From Verrucomicrobia bacterium UBA1183 (lineage in GTDB: Bacteria > Verrucomicrobiota > Verrucomicrobiia > Opitutales > UBA9783), in the NCBI GenBank assembly GCA_002309885.1, contig DBYP01000018.1:27602-91601 (forward strand): 64,000 nucleotides of DNA, in the 5' to 3' direction. A model generated the notes under the pieces. The model saw only the letters and a program-made list of their open reading frames with translations. It did not search any database and was not told the origin of the DNA. Positions within the stretch are counted from its first letter, which is position 1. The number at the start of each line of letters is the position of its first letter. Both the position numbers and the translations under genes were made by a program. Shown one piece after another: positions 36,298-45,609 of this stretch.

Positions 36298-37278
36298 ATG
36301 AAATACACGGGGCAAGCTTTGGTTTATCGAGGATATGGAGATCCAGAAGAGGTATTACGTTTAGAAGAACGGACAATTTCAGATATAGCCCCGAATCAGG
36401 TGCTTGTAAAGCGTTTGGCAAGTGTGATACATCCTTCCGATTTCGGAAAGATTCGCGGGACGTATGAGCGTTTGAGCCAGCTTCCAGCAGTTGCAGGAAG
36501 GGAAGGCATTGGTGAAATCTGCGAAGTGGGTAAAGCTGTTGAAAACTTAAAATGCGGCGCACATGTTCGAATTCCCGAGGATGTGGGAACATGGCAAGAT
36601 TACTGTGTTTTAGATGAGAATGATGTTATTTGTGTTCCGGCGGGTTTGTCGATAGAAACAGCTGCGCAAACTTTTATCAATCCACCGACGGCACTGCGAT
36701 TGTTAAATGATTTTGTTCCTTTGCGTTCGGGGGATTGGGTCGTTCAGAATGCAGCCAATTCTTGTGTGGGACGCTGTGTTATCCAGTTGGCAAAGGTTTA
36801 TGGCTATAAAACAATCAATGTGGTTCGAGATGTAGCTCAAGCACAATCATTGATGGCCATGGGTGCAAATTGTGTTATAAGGCAAGATGCCTTAAAATCT
36901 ATCAGAAATTTTACCGATGGAGCGCTTCCGGTATTGGCATTGAACTCGGTAGGTGGCGAATCCGCACTGGAATTGATAAAGGCTTTAGCAGACAACGGAA
37001 CTATGGTTACGTTTGGAGCTATGACGAGCGACAAAGTGCGATTCCCGACAAGAGAACTGATATTTAAAAATATACAGCTAAGGGGCTTTTGGATGGATCG
37101 ATGGATTCGTTTGCGGCCAAAATTAGAGTATAATGCCTGTTTATGGCAAATTTTCAGTTTGTTACAAAGCAAAAAATTGGTGTTGCCTTGCGCTGAGACC
37201 TATCCTCTTTCTCAATGGCAAACCGCATTGGAGAAGTCGCAACAATCTAACCTGAACGGAAAGATATTGTTCGTTTGA
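36298..37278 (+). CDS. MDR-superfamily NAD(P)H oxidoreductase (quinone oxidoreductase / 2-enoyl thioester reductase-like)
   Basis: 326 aa. GroES-like N-terminus (VLVKRLASVIHPSDF..AGREGIGEI) and a Rossmann region (VVQNAANSCVGRCVIQLAK). Confidence 0.7.
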   Translation: MKYTGQALVYRGYGDPEEVLRLEERTISDIAPNQVLVKRLASVIHPSDFGKIRGTYERLSQLPAVAGREGIGEICEVGKAVENLKCGAHVRIPEDVGTWQDYCVLDENDVICVPAGLSIETAAQTFINPPTALRLLNDFVPLRSGDWVVQNAANSCVGRCVIQLAKVYGYKTINVVRDVAQAQSLMAMGANCVIRQDALKSIRNFTDGALPVLALNSVGGESALELIKALADNGTMVTFGAMTSDKVRFPTRELIFKNIQLRGFWMDRWIRLRPKLEYNACLWQIFSLLQSKKLVLPCAETYPLSQWQTALEKSQQSNLNGKILFV

Positions 37279-37279
37279 T

Positions 37280-37963
37280 ATGAAAAATGACCTTACCGGA
37301 CATCGAGAACGCTTGAGAGAAAGATTCTTAAAGACCGGTTTTAGTGGTTTTGCGGAACATGAAGTTTTAGAGTTACTTCTTACGTTGTGCATCCCACGCA
37401 AAGATGTCAAAGGTTTGGCGAAAGCATTGCTTCAAAAGTTTGGTTCGCTCCGTTGTGTATTTGAAGCCAGTCCGGAAGAGTTAGAAAGCGTTCCTGGAAT
37501 CGGAAAAACTTCTGCGGTTTGTATTGCTTTAATTCGAGATTTTGCAAGTTATTATCTGCAGCAAAAAACGACACAGCAGGTACTATTTAGCAACAATGCT
37601 TCTTTGGTAGCATTTTGGAAATCAAGGCTCATGGGATTGAAGCATGAAGTGGTAGAAGTCGCTTATTTGGATGCCTCTTATCGTTTGATGCAAGACGGTA
37701 TTGAGCGTTTGGAGGAGGGCTTTATTACACGGACCCACCTGCAAATTCGGAAGGTATTGACTTCAGCTTTGAAGCGGGAAGCCAGCAACATCATCATTGC
37801 GCACAATCATCCGTCGGGTGATCCTAAACCTTCGCAAGCGGATCTTCAATTGACGCAAACACTGCAACATGTAGGCTATACGTTACAGATACGTTTATTG
37901 GATCATATCATTATCGCAAAAGATAATTTTTACTCGTTTCGACAAGAGGGGTTCCTAGAGTGA
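37280..37963 (+). CDS. radC: RadC-family JAB-domain protein
   Basis: N-terminal HRERLRERF, the helix-hairpin-helix LESVPGIGKTSA, and the JAMM motif HNHPSGDPKPSQAD. Confidence 0.92.
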   Translation: MKNDLTGHRERLRERFLKTGFSGFAEHEVLELLLTLCIPRKDVKGLAKALLQKFGSLRCVFEASPEELESVPGIGKTSAVCIALIRDFASYYLQQKTTQQVLFSNNASLVAFWKSRLMGLKHEVVEVAYLDASYRLMQDGIERLEEGFITRTHLQIRKVLTSALKREASNIIIAHNHPSGDPKPSQADLQLTQTLQHVGYTLQIRLLDHIIIAKDNFYSFRQEGFLE

Positions 37964-37991
37964 GTCTACGGAAGATAAAAAATTTATAAGT

Positions 37992-38135
37992 AAGGGAATT
38001 TTTTGAAAAAAGCTTCCCTTAAACCCTCAAAAACTTTCATAATTTTGCAACAATGTTGCAAAATGAGTGGGGTGCAGGGTCTCTGCCCTGCTTTTGAGAG
38101 GGGTTGGGAGAGCTTTTGCAAAAGATCTCTCAAAA
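37992..38135 (+). repeat. three-hairpin intergenic repeat, long variant with GC cassette, forward orientation
   Basis: AAGGGAATTTTTTGAAAAAAGCTTCCCTTA, AACCCTCAAAAAC, TTGCAACAATGTTGCAA, AATGAGTGGGGTGCAGGGTCTCTGCCCTGCTTTTG (GC cassette; stem 38075-38090), AGAGGGG, GGGAGAGCTTTTGCAAAAGATCTCTC (H3 variant). It lies between radC and fabZ. Confidence 0.9.
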
Positions 38136-38215
38136 CAATGATAATTTGAACAGACTCTGCCTAGAATAATGGTATTTAGAGTTGCATTTTTTGTGGTATG
38201 CTTTAAAAGTTGAAT

Positions 38216-38677
38216 ATGTCCATGAAAGAAATTGTTCCTGAGGCGATTGTTTTAAATTCCATTCCGCACAGACCTCCGTTTTTGTTTGTTGACCGGGTGA
38301 TTGAGCTTTCCGACGATAAGATTATTGCCGAGCGTAAACTCAAAGCGGATGAGTTCTTTTTTAAGGGTCATTACCCGCAAATGGCGTTGATGCCAGGCGT
38401 ATTGATGTGTGAAGCTATATTCCAAACGGCAGGCGTTTTCATGAGCCAGAAGCTTTTAAAGGGTACCGACATTTCCGGGAAAGTTCCTGTTCTAACCCGT
38501 GTCGAATCCGCTAAATTTAAGCGTATGGCCTTCCCGGGCGACACATTGCTTTTGGAAGCCGTGTTTACGCAAAAGATAAAGGACTTTTATTTTTTCAAAG
38601 GTACTGCGAGAAAAGACGGGCAGATATTGGTAACCATTGAATTTGTTTTAGGTTTGGTTCCGGTTGAAGGGCTATGA
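38216..38677 (+). CDS. fabZ: 3-hydroxyacyl-ACP dehydratase (FabZ-like hotdog fold)
   Basis: IPHRPPFLFVDRVIEL and GHYPQMALMPGVLMCEAIFQTAG match the FabZ active-site region. The track start 38210 is a TTG; ATGs lie at 38216 and 38222. Confidence 0.8.
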   Translation: MSMKEIVPEAIVLNSIPHRPPFLFVDRVIELSDDKIIAERKLKADEFFFKGHYPQMALMPGVLMCEAIFQTAGVFMSQKLLKGTDISGKVPVLTRVESAKFKRMAFPGDTLLLEAVFTQKIKDFYFFKGTARKDGQILVTIEFVLGLVPVEGL

Positions 38678-39465
38678 GTTTATTGAATTTTAGCGAAAAA
38701 ACGTTTCTCGTTTTCGGTGTTGCCAATCGAAAGAGCATCGCGTGGTTCGTGGGTAAAACGCTGGAACAGTCCGGTGCGAACGTGCTTTATTCAGTACGTT
38801 CAGATAAACGCAAAACCGAGTTGTCGCGTTGGTTAAATCCGGAAAACATCTTCGTTTGCGATGTCGAGCAAGAATCGGAAATCGAGTGTTTAAAACAGTC
38901 TTTGGAAGCGCGTAATGTTCGTTTGGATGGTATCTTACACTCCTTGGCTTTTGCGAATTTTTCCGAAGGTTTCAAGCTCTTTTATGAGACCCAACGCAAG
39001 GATTTCTTGCAAGCGGTTGAAATTTCCTGTTTTTCGCTGGTGGAGATTTCCAAGCACCTAAAAACGTTGTTAAATCCTAGTGCTTCCGTCGTAACCATAG
39101 GAATTTCTTCGCAAGTTACGGCAATTCATTACGGTTATATGTCGCCCATAAAAGCCGCATTGGAAAGCACGGTACGATTTTTGGCGAAATCTTTCAGTTT
39201 AGATACCGAAGTCCGCTTTAATTGTGTTGGCTCAGGGCCCTTGAAAACAAGCGCATCGGCAGGCATTCCTGGGTTTTTGAAAAACTATTTGTTCGCGGAA
39301 AAAATGACGTTGCGTAAGCGGGCTTTAGAGACGCAAGAAGTTGCCAATACCGCATTGTTTCTGCTAAGTCCGATGTCGAGCGGCATCAATGGACAAACGA
39401 TCGTCGTAAATGCCGGAATGGATTTCAATTATTTCGATGAAGCTATTGTAGAAAAGGCGGTTTGA
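38674..39465 (+). CDS. fabI: enoyl-ACP reductase (NADH), FabI
   Basis: 263 aa SDR. FGVANRKSIAW, the catalytic Y..M..IKAALE context YGYMSPIKAALES, and a 4-nt overlap with fabZ. Confidence 0.85.
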   Translation: MSLLNFSEKTFLVFGVANRKSIAWFVGKTLEQSGANVLYSVRSDKRKTELSRWLNPENIFVCDVEQESEIECLKQSLEARNVRLDGILHSLAFANFSEGFKLFYETQRKDFLQAVEISCFSLVEISKHLKTLLNPSASVVTIGISSQVTAIHYGYMSPIKAALESTVRFLAKSFSLDTEVRFNCVGSGPLKTSASAGIPGFLKNYLFAEKMTLRKRALETQEVANTALFLLSPMSSGINGQTIVVNAGMDFNYFDEAIVEKAV

Positions 39466-40452
39466 ATGTCAGGCGTAAACTACATAGTCATGGGCGCGGG
39501 AGCATGGGGAACTGCAATGGCTATCCATCTTTCGAAGTGTGGCCATCGCGTTGTTTTGGTTCCAAGAGATGAAGCGAAAGCAGAGACGATTCGGCAACAC
39601 AATGAAAATATATTTCACTTGCCGGGAGTCGAGCTACCCAGTGCGATTACTGTCGATAGTCACTGGGAATCTCATATCGATGATACTACGGTTGTCTTTA
39701 TGGCATGTCCGACACAAGGTTTGATGGATTGCTGCAAGAAATTAGAGCTATGGGGCTCAAAAATTCAGCATGTCATCTCGTTGGTCAAAGGCCTCGATAG
39801 AACTTCTCTAAAAACCCCCTCTGAGCTTTTCAGAGAACTACTGCCTGAGGTTCGTTTTGCCTGCCTTTCGGGGCCAACTTATGCGCTAGAATTTGCACAA
39901 GGGAAGCATGCTGCCATGGTTTTAGCTTCAGAAAGCGACGTAACACATCTACAAAAAGCTATCAGCAATTCTTTTGTCCGCGTATACACCAGTAAGGACT
40001 TGAAGGGTGTAGAATTAGGCGGCTGCTTGAAAAACATTTATGCCATCGGTTCGGGAATTCTAGAAGGTCTCCATCTGGGCGATAACGCGCGTGCAGCTTA
40101 CTTAACTCGGGCATTGAAAGAACTTTCCGTTTTAGGAACTTACTTGGGTGGGCACAAAGAAACCTTTTTCGGATTAAGCGGACTCGGCGATTTAATCGCA
40201 ACCGCACAAGGCGTTTGGAGTCGCAATCGAACCTTCGGTTATGCCTTTGCAAGTGGACAAACGATCGAAAATTTGCTCAAAGAAAAGACCGTAGAAGGCT
40301 ATTGGAGCGTCCAATGTTTTTACAAACTGTGTTCAGAAGTTTTGGATAAAGCACCCATATTAATGGCATTGCATAAAATATTATATCAGTCGGCACCGCT
40401 AAAGGATACCATCAATGCATTGATGCTACGAAGCTTGAAACAAGAGTTCTAG
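39466..40452 (+). CDS. gpsA: NAD(P)H-dependent glycerol-3-phosphate dehydrogenase
   Basis: GAGAWGTAMA dinucleotide fold, KGL, GGCLKNIYAIG, and SRNRTFG. Confidence 0.93.
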   Translation: MSGVNYIVMGAGAWGTAMAIHLSKCGHRVVLVPRDEAKAETIRQHNENIFHLPGVELPSAITVDSHWESHIDDTTVVFMACPTQGLMDCCKKLELWGSKIQHVISLVKGLDRTSLKTPSELFRELLPEVRFACLSGPTYALEFAQGKHAAMVLASESDVTHLQKAISNSFVRVYTSKDLKGVELGGCLKNIYAIGSGILEGLHLGDNARAAYLTRALKELSVLGTYLGGHKETFFGLSGLGDLIATAQGVWSRNRTFGYAFASGQTIENLLKEKTVEGYWSVQCFYKLCSEVLDKAPILMALHKILYQSAPLKDTINALMLRSLKQEF

Positions 40453-40466
40453 AATGATGACAAAAA

Positions 40467-40591
40467 TTTTGAGAAATTTTTTGTAAAAAATCCCTCAAAC
40501 TCCCTTAAAACTTTTATGATTTTGCAACACTGTTGCAAAATAAGGAAAAAGTTTTTGAGGGTTCAAGGGAACTTTTTTCAAAAAGTTCTCT
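40467..40591 (-). repeat. three-hairpin intergenic repeat, full-length copy, reverse orientation
   Basis: TTTTGAGAAATTTTTTGTAAAAAATCCCTCAAA (H3), CTCCCTTAAAAC, TTGCAACACTGTTGCAA (H2), GTTTTTGAGGG, CAAGGGAACTTTTTTCAAAAAGTTCTCT (H1). It lies in the convergent gpsA / histidine-kinase gap. Confidence 0.9.
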
Positions 40592-40609
40592 GTTGCAAAA
40601 ATCACCCTG

Positions 40610-41767
40610 TTAAGGCTTAGAAGAATTCTGCAATTTTCGAAAATTTTGCTCAATTAAAGGGAATCGCAGATAGAGAATGGAGCCCAAATTTTCTTTGCTT
40701 TCTATATCCAAATTGCCGTTGTGCTCTCGCATAACGCGTTGTATGATAAGCATTCCTATACCGTGCCCAAGTTCTTTCGTTGTTTGGTTTTGTGCGGTTG
40801 TCATGCGCATTGCTTGAGCTCCCGATATACCGCATCCCGAATCAGCACAGGCAACAATAAGGTGCGTATCATTCAAATAGCACGAAATTCGAATCCACCC
40901 ATTGGAACCGATGGCTTCGATGGCATTTTTGATAACGTTGAATAAGGCTTGATGCACACGCGATGGATCTAAGTAAATAGGCGGTAAATTTCCTTTGATA
41001 TCGAAATCGAGCGCAATATTGAGGTTGTCCAGTTGTGGTTTTACAAGATCTAGAACCTTATTTATAACCGGAACAATGCTTCCTTTTTGCAAGGAACAAC
41101 ATTGAGGCCGAACCGCTTGCAAAAAGTGTTGCACAATCTCATCCAAACGATGAATTTCATTTTGACAAATCTGCAAAGATTGGGAAAGCTTATGGGTATC
41201 GAATTTAGCATTCAGCGCCCGTTGCATCAACTGTAAATGGATTCCGATGGAATTTAGTGGATTGCCCAATTCATGCGCGACTTCAGAAGCAAGCTGTACG
41301 ATAGAATCTGTCTTTTCTTGATAAACTCGCTCTTCCGTTTTTTGCGTTTCCTGTGTAATATCTTGAATTAAAATGATGAACCGAATCGGCTGCTGTTCTT
41401 CTCGAAGAACTTGGACATGAATACGAACCTGCTTGTTTTCTGGATAGGATAGGGCCATTTCTTTTGAGGAAACATCCGGATATATATCTTCTGCCCGTGG
41501 TTCAAAAAAACTCTTTAGGTTCGGAAGCCAATGCCACAACGACGGAAGATTTTTATTTTCTTGAGGAAGTCCCAACAATAAACGTGCCGATTCATTGTAA
41601 AATTCGATATTGCCTTGCTTATCTACCAAAAGAACCGCCTCTTGCAAAAGATTGAATATGGAATGCAACAAACTACGTTCACGCTCTACATGTTGCAATA
41701 GCTGACCAAACTCAACATTGCTCCGGTCAAAACGCTCATAAAGCTTATCGCGTGTACTCTTTTTCAT
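40610..41767 (-). CDS. cytoplasmic PAS-domain sensor histidine kinase (NtrB-like)
   Basis: 385 aa with no TM. A PAS region, H-box SEVAHELGNPLNSI, N-box NVIKNAIEA, G1 DSGCGI and G2 GHGIGM. Confidence 0.88.
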   Translation of the reverse strand: MKKSTRDKLYERFDRSNVEFGQLLQHVERERSLLHSIFNLLQEAVLLVDKQGNIEFYNESARLLLGLPQENKNLPSLWHWLPNLKSFFEPRAEDIYPDVSSKEMALSYPENKQVRIHVQVLREEQQPIRFIILIQDITQETQKTEERVYQEKTDSIVQLASEVAHELGNPLNSIGIHLQLMQRALNAKFDTHKLSQSLQICQNEIHRLDEIVQHFLQAVRPQCCSLQKGSIVPVINKVLDLVKPQLDNLNIALDFDIKGNLPPIYLDPSRVHQALFNVIKNAIEAIGSNGWIRISCYLNDTHLIVACADSGCGISGAQAMRMTTAQNQTTKELGHGIGMLIIQRVMREHNGNLDIESKENLGSILYLRFPLIEQNFRKLQNSSKP

Positions 41768-41773
41768 CCTATT

Positions 41774-42232
41774 TTAATTACAATTAGAATAGGTCTGTAA
41801 AATATAAAAATAGGTCCCTGTATTATCCACACAACATAATCCCTGCATCTTTTTTTCAAGGATATCGGCTTCAAAAGAAATAAAGCTACAGTCTTGTTTA
41901 ACAGCTACAAAAGACAGGTCCCCGCAAAGCATTCCCCACCATGCTCCTCCCTCAAGGATTTTAGAATTTTCCGGCTTGAAAGGATACCAGAAAGGCTTGA
42001 GCGCATTAAAATTATCGCAAGCTAACGCTGAAAGCTCAATAGGTGGAAGATGACCGTGTACTTCTTTGTAGGATAAAATCGCGGTACGCAGCAAGGAAAG
42101 CTCTTGAAGGAGGCTATCTACCCTGTGAGAATCGCGTGAATGTTTGAAACCGCTCAATCCCAAAATGGTCAGTGTCCCAACGATAAAAAGGACGACCAGT
42201 ATCTCGATAAAAGTAAAAGCGTTTTTCTTCAT
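41774..42232 (-). CDS. prepilin-type N-terminal cleavage/methylation domain protein (pseudopilin-like)
   Basis: MKKNAFTFIEILVVLFIVGTLTILGL is a classic type II secretion / type IV pilin N-terminal motif. The remainder has no recognisable family. Confidence 0.8.
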   Translation of the reverse strand: MKKNAFTFIEILVVLFIVGTLTILGLSGFKHSRDSHRVDSLLQELSLLRTAILSYKEVHGHLPPIELSALACDNFNALKPFWYPFKPENSKILEGGAWWGMLCGDLSFVAVKQDCSFISFEADILEKKMQGLCCVDNTGTYFYILQTYSNCN

Positions 42233-42235
42233 GTT

Positions 42236-42982
42236 TTATTGCTTTTTACCTTGGTTTGCAACCGCTTGCTGAGCTTTAGCAATGGCCTCCGCATCCCCCA
42301 AATAATAGTGCTTTATGGGCGTTAAATCGTCGTTTAATTCGTAAACGAGAGGTATCCCGGTTGGGATATTCAATTGAACGATGGCGTCATTGGACATGTT
42401 GTCCAGATACTGAACCAAAGCCCGCAGGGAATTACCGTGCGCAACAATGATAATCTGATTTCCTGCTTGAATTGCAGGTGCTAAGGTCGATTTCCAATAA
42501 GGCAATAGGCGTGTTAGCGTATCTTTCAAACATTCCCCTTTGGGCATCTGCTGTGCCGGGATATGCTTGTAACGCGGATCTCTTCCGGGGAAACGCTCAT
42601 CATCTTCGGTGAGTGCTGGCGGGCAAACATCGTAACTTCTGCGCCAAATTTTAACCTGCTGTTCACCGTATTTTTCGGCAGTTTCGGATTTATTAAGTCC
42701 CTGTAAAGCACCGTAATGCCGTTCATTCAGCTGCCAAGCGCGTTCTACGGGAATCCACATTAAATCCATTTCATCCAGTGTAATCCACAATGTTCGAATG
42801 GCGCGCTTTAAAACAGAAGTATAAGCCCGATCAAATGTAAAATGATTTTCCTTTAGCAATTTGGCTGCACTCAACGCCTCTTGTTTTCCCTTTTCCGACA
42901 AATCAACATCGGTCCATCCCGTAAAACGATTTTCTTGGTTCCAAACACTCTCTCCATGCCTCAATAACACTAAACGCTTCAT
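42236..42982 (-). CDS. gpmA: 2,3-bisphosphoglycerate-dependent phosphoglycerate mutase
   Basis: The ATG at 42982 gives [32 protein letters not shown], plus ERHYGALQG and [10 protein letters not shown]. Confidence 0.95.
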   Translation of the reverse strand: MKRLVLLRHGESVWNQENRFTGWTDVDLSEKGKQEALSAAKLLKENHFTFDRAYTSVLKRAIRTLWITLDEMDLMWIPVERAWQLNERHYGALQGLNKSETAEKYGEQQVKIWRRSYDVCPPALTEDDERFPGRDPRYKHIPAQQMPKGECLKDTLTRLLPYWKSTLAPAIQAGNQIIIVAHGNSLRALVQYLDNMSNDAIVQLNIPTGIPLVYELNDDLTPIKHYYLGDAEAIAKAQQAVANQGKKQ

Positions 42983-43039
42983 ACACTCAATAAAACACAA
43001 AAGAGTAGTAATGGCAAGAATAAATCCGACAAGAGTAGA

Positions 43040-45142
43040 TCAGTCTTTCAACTGTATTGCGTCCCAAATTTGGCAAAGAGCGCAGGGATGTTGGATGGAT
43101 GCCGTTGGAGTATATGTCTTGGGAATGCAGATGTCTGCATTTGGTTCATGAGAAACTTGAAGACAATTACCTTCCAAGTTTTCGCAAATGTGCCATCCAG
43201 AGAGGATAAACAATGGACGGACAAGTTTTTCAATTTCGGGTGATAAATCCAAAAAACAACATTTTATATTGTTTGTTTTGGGAGTGTTGGAAACGAATTT
43301 TTCGGCTTGCACGGGAAAATATAACGTAAAAGAAGTCCCTTTATGAGGAACACTTTGCAGCAGAATGTTGCCGTTGTAGCGTTGAACAAGCCCGTAGACG
43401 CTGGGTAAACCTAAGCCGGTACCTTTACCGATAGGTTTTGTGGTAAAGAAGGGTTCGAATATTTTCCCTTGAATTTCGGGTGCTATACCAACCCCTGAGT
43501 CTTTTACCGTGATTTTTACAAATTTCCCCTTAGGCAAACCTTCGGGTTGACCCTCGAAATTTTCACATTCAATGAGCAGTTTCCCGCCGTTCGGCATGGC
43601 ATCACGGGCATTGACACTCAAATTGACCAAAATTTGATCCAGGGCATTAGCAGGGATGCCCATTGTCCACAGCAGAGGTGCGATATGGGTTTCCAGCACG
43701 ACTTTATCACCCAAGTAGTGAGTTAACATCTGCAGCGTTTTATCGATCGTTTCCGAAGTTGAATTTTCCTCAACCGCCACGGGCGAAGTTGGTGTTTGCC
43801 GTGAAAAATCCATCAATTGTCGAACGAGGGAGGCCCCTTTTTCGCCGGCATTTTTTATACTGTGAATGTACGAGGCTGTTTTGGAGTCCAAAGATTTTGC
43901 ATTTAGAGCAAGATCCGAACAGCCATTGATGATAGAAAGCAAGTTGTTAAAGTCGTGCGCAATACCGCTAGCTAAACGACCAATTGCCTCGATTTTTTGC
44001 GTTTGCCGCAAGCTCTCTTCCATTTTCCGAAGAACAGTAACATCACGAATCGTAATGACAAGTTCGGAATTGGATGGCTCATTCGATAGCTTAGATAATG
44101 TCCATTGTGTCGTAATGCTTTCTCCATCGATACGAACCATGGGCGTATCCGCACAAAAAGCCTCTTGTGCCCGCAATGCTTTTAAAATATCTGGATTGAA
44201 ATTTTCGCAAAACAATTCCGATAAAGGATGCCCTATGGTTGCTTCTTCGGAAGTTTTTAATAATTTAAAAAAGCCCTGATTAGCATAAAGAATAGTGAAA
44301 TCGGTATCGCATTGATTCACGATAAGAACACCCTCATGTGCGTTTTTTAGAGCTGTTGCCAGTCGTTGATTATTCCGATCGGCATAAAATCTTTCCGAAA
44401 AATCCTCCAGCGAAACAACGTAACTTTGTGTATCATTGAAAATATTTTTTACCTCCGAAAAAGAAACATATAAATGCCGATTTTCTTCATTTTTATGAAA
44501 GACGACATGATTGGGGCCAGAAGTGGTTTTTGTTAGAAGTGTAAAAACCGAATCGAGGCGTTTGTTGTCTATGTACGGATCCCATAAAGGAAGAATATTG
44601 TCGATATGCTTGGTTAAAATTCTACCGATGGGTAACTGCAAAAATTGAATGCCTGCAGTGTTAACATAGGTTATATTTCCGGATTTGTTCAAAGAAAAAA
44701 TAGGATTGGGCAAGTTACCTAACGTTGCTGCCAAACGTAATTTGGTTTCTTTGGAATCTTTTTCGAGCTTTGCCTTATGGAATGCCATTTCAACCGTTAT
44801 CAAAACCATATTGGCAGTATACGGTTTCAAAATAAACCCAAAGGGTGAAGTTGCTTTAGCACGTTTTATGATGGTTTCCGAGGTGTGTCCGGTTAAGTAA
44901 ACCACTGGGATATCAAATTTTTCATGAATTTTTTTGATGGTATCGATTCCATCCAAAGCGCCCGCCAATGTAATATCCATCAATATGAGCATCGGCTTAT
45001 GCTCTTCGACCAAGCCGCAAGCGGTTTCGCCATCAGCGGCGATAGGTAAAATTGCGTAGCCTGCCTTTTGCAAAAGGATTTTCAAAATGGCGGCAGAATT
45101 GCTGTCATCTTCGACGATCAAAATACGATCATTATTATCCAT
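43040..45142 (-). CDS. hybrid signalling protein: N-terminal receiver + PAS + HisKA/HATPase kinase + ~95-aa C-terminal tail
   Basis: REC domain (ILIVEDD..LILMDITL..KP), PAS segments, H-box GIAHDFNNLLSII, N-box LVNLSVNARDAM, G1 VKDSGVGI and G2 GKGTGLGLPSV. The tail after the kinase has no recognisable motifs. Confidence 0.88.
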   Translation of the reverse strand: MDNNDRILIVEDDSNSAAILKILLQKAGYAILPIAADGETACGLVEEHKPMLILMDITLAGALDGIDTIKKIHEKFDIPVVYLTGHTSETIIKRAKATSPFGFILKPYTANMVLITVEMAFHKAKLEKDSKETKLRLAATLGNLPNPIFSLNKSGNITYVNTAGIQFLQLPIGRILTKHIDNILPLWDPYIDNKRLDSVFTLLTKTTSGPNHVVFHKNEENRHLYVSFSEVKNIFNDTQSYVVSLEDFSERFYADRNNQRLATALKNAHEGVLIVNQCDTDFTILYANQGFFKLLKTSEEATIGHPLSELFCENFNPDILKALRAQEAFCADTPMVRIDGESITTQWTLSKLSNEPSNSELVITIRDVTVLRKMEESLRQTQKIEAIGRLASGIAHDFNNLLSIINGCSDLALNAKSLDSKTASYIHSIKNAGEKGASLVRQLMDFSRQTPTSPVAVEENSTSETIDKTLQMLTHYLGDKVVLETHIAPLLWTMGIPANALDQILVNLSVNARDAMPNGGKLLIECENFEGQPEGLPKGKFVKITVKDSGVGIAPEIQGKIFEPFFTTKPIGKGTGLGLPSVYGLVQRYNGNILLQSVPHKGTSFTLYFPVQAEKFVSNTPKTNNIKCCFLDLSPEIEKLVRPLFILSGWHICENLEGNCLQVSHEPNADICIPKTYTPTASIQHPCALCQIWDAIQLKD

Positions 45143-45144
45143 TT

Positions 45145-45609
45145 CTAAGGCGCTTTTTGTAGTTGAAGATTTTCATTCAAAAGTTTTCGGTTGGCGTCCA
45201 ACAATGATTGTATGGTTGCCTGCTGTGCTTGCTTGACTTCAAAAGCTTGATAGGCGTCATTTATCGTATTCAGCAATTGTTCTCGCGTCCACGGCTTTGC
45301 CAAACAACGGAAAACTTCAGCATCATTGATGGCTTTCAAAAACATGTCGCTGGAAAGTACCCCTGTAATCAATACGCGTGAGCACATCGGCTGCGCTTGT
45401 TTTACTTGTTGTAAAAACTGAGTTCCAGGCATTTCTGCCATCCGCTGATCGGATAATACAATCGCAAATGTCCGTTTTCTGATTTTTTCTAAGGCTTCCT
45501 GAGCTCGCGTTGTCCCTTCGCATTCATACCCTTCCTGTTTCAAGGTTTCTTGCAGGGCTAGCAAAATGGGTGCATCGTCATCCAAAATAAGCAAAGGATA
45601 ATTTTTCAT
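45145..45609 (-). CDS. single-domain response regulator (receiver only)
   Basis: 154 aa. LLILDDD, phospho-acceptor context IVLSDQRMAEMPG, and a conserved K in LAKPW. There is no output domain, only a short C-terminal coiled-coil. Confidence 0.88.
   Translation of the reverse strand: MKNYPLLILDDDAPILLALQETLKQEGYECEGTTRAQEALEKIRKRTFAIVLSDQRMAEMPGTQFLQQVKQAQPMCSRVLITGVLSSDMFLKAINDAEVFRCLAKPWTREQLLNTINDAYQAFEVKQAQQATIQSLLDANRKLLNENLQLQKAP

Noticed and set aside
36088..36315. The N-terminal 75 residues of the track version of MoxR (413 aa, start 36315).
   Set aside because: This part (MPRVFHMPKRLSLFPYIGNPK...) has no MoxR similarity and extends across the divergent promoter region. The ATG at 36087 gives a normal 338-aa MoxR beginning just before the conserved N-terminal helix.
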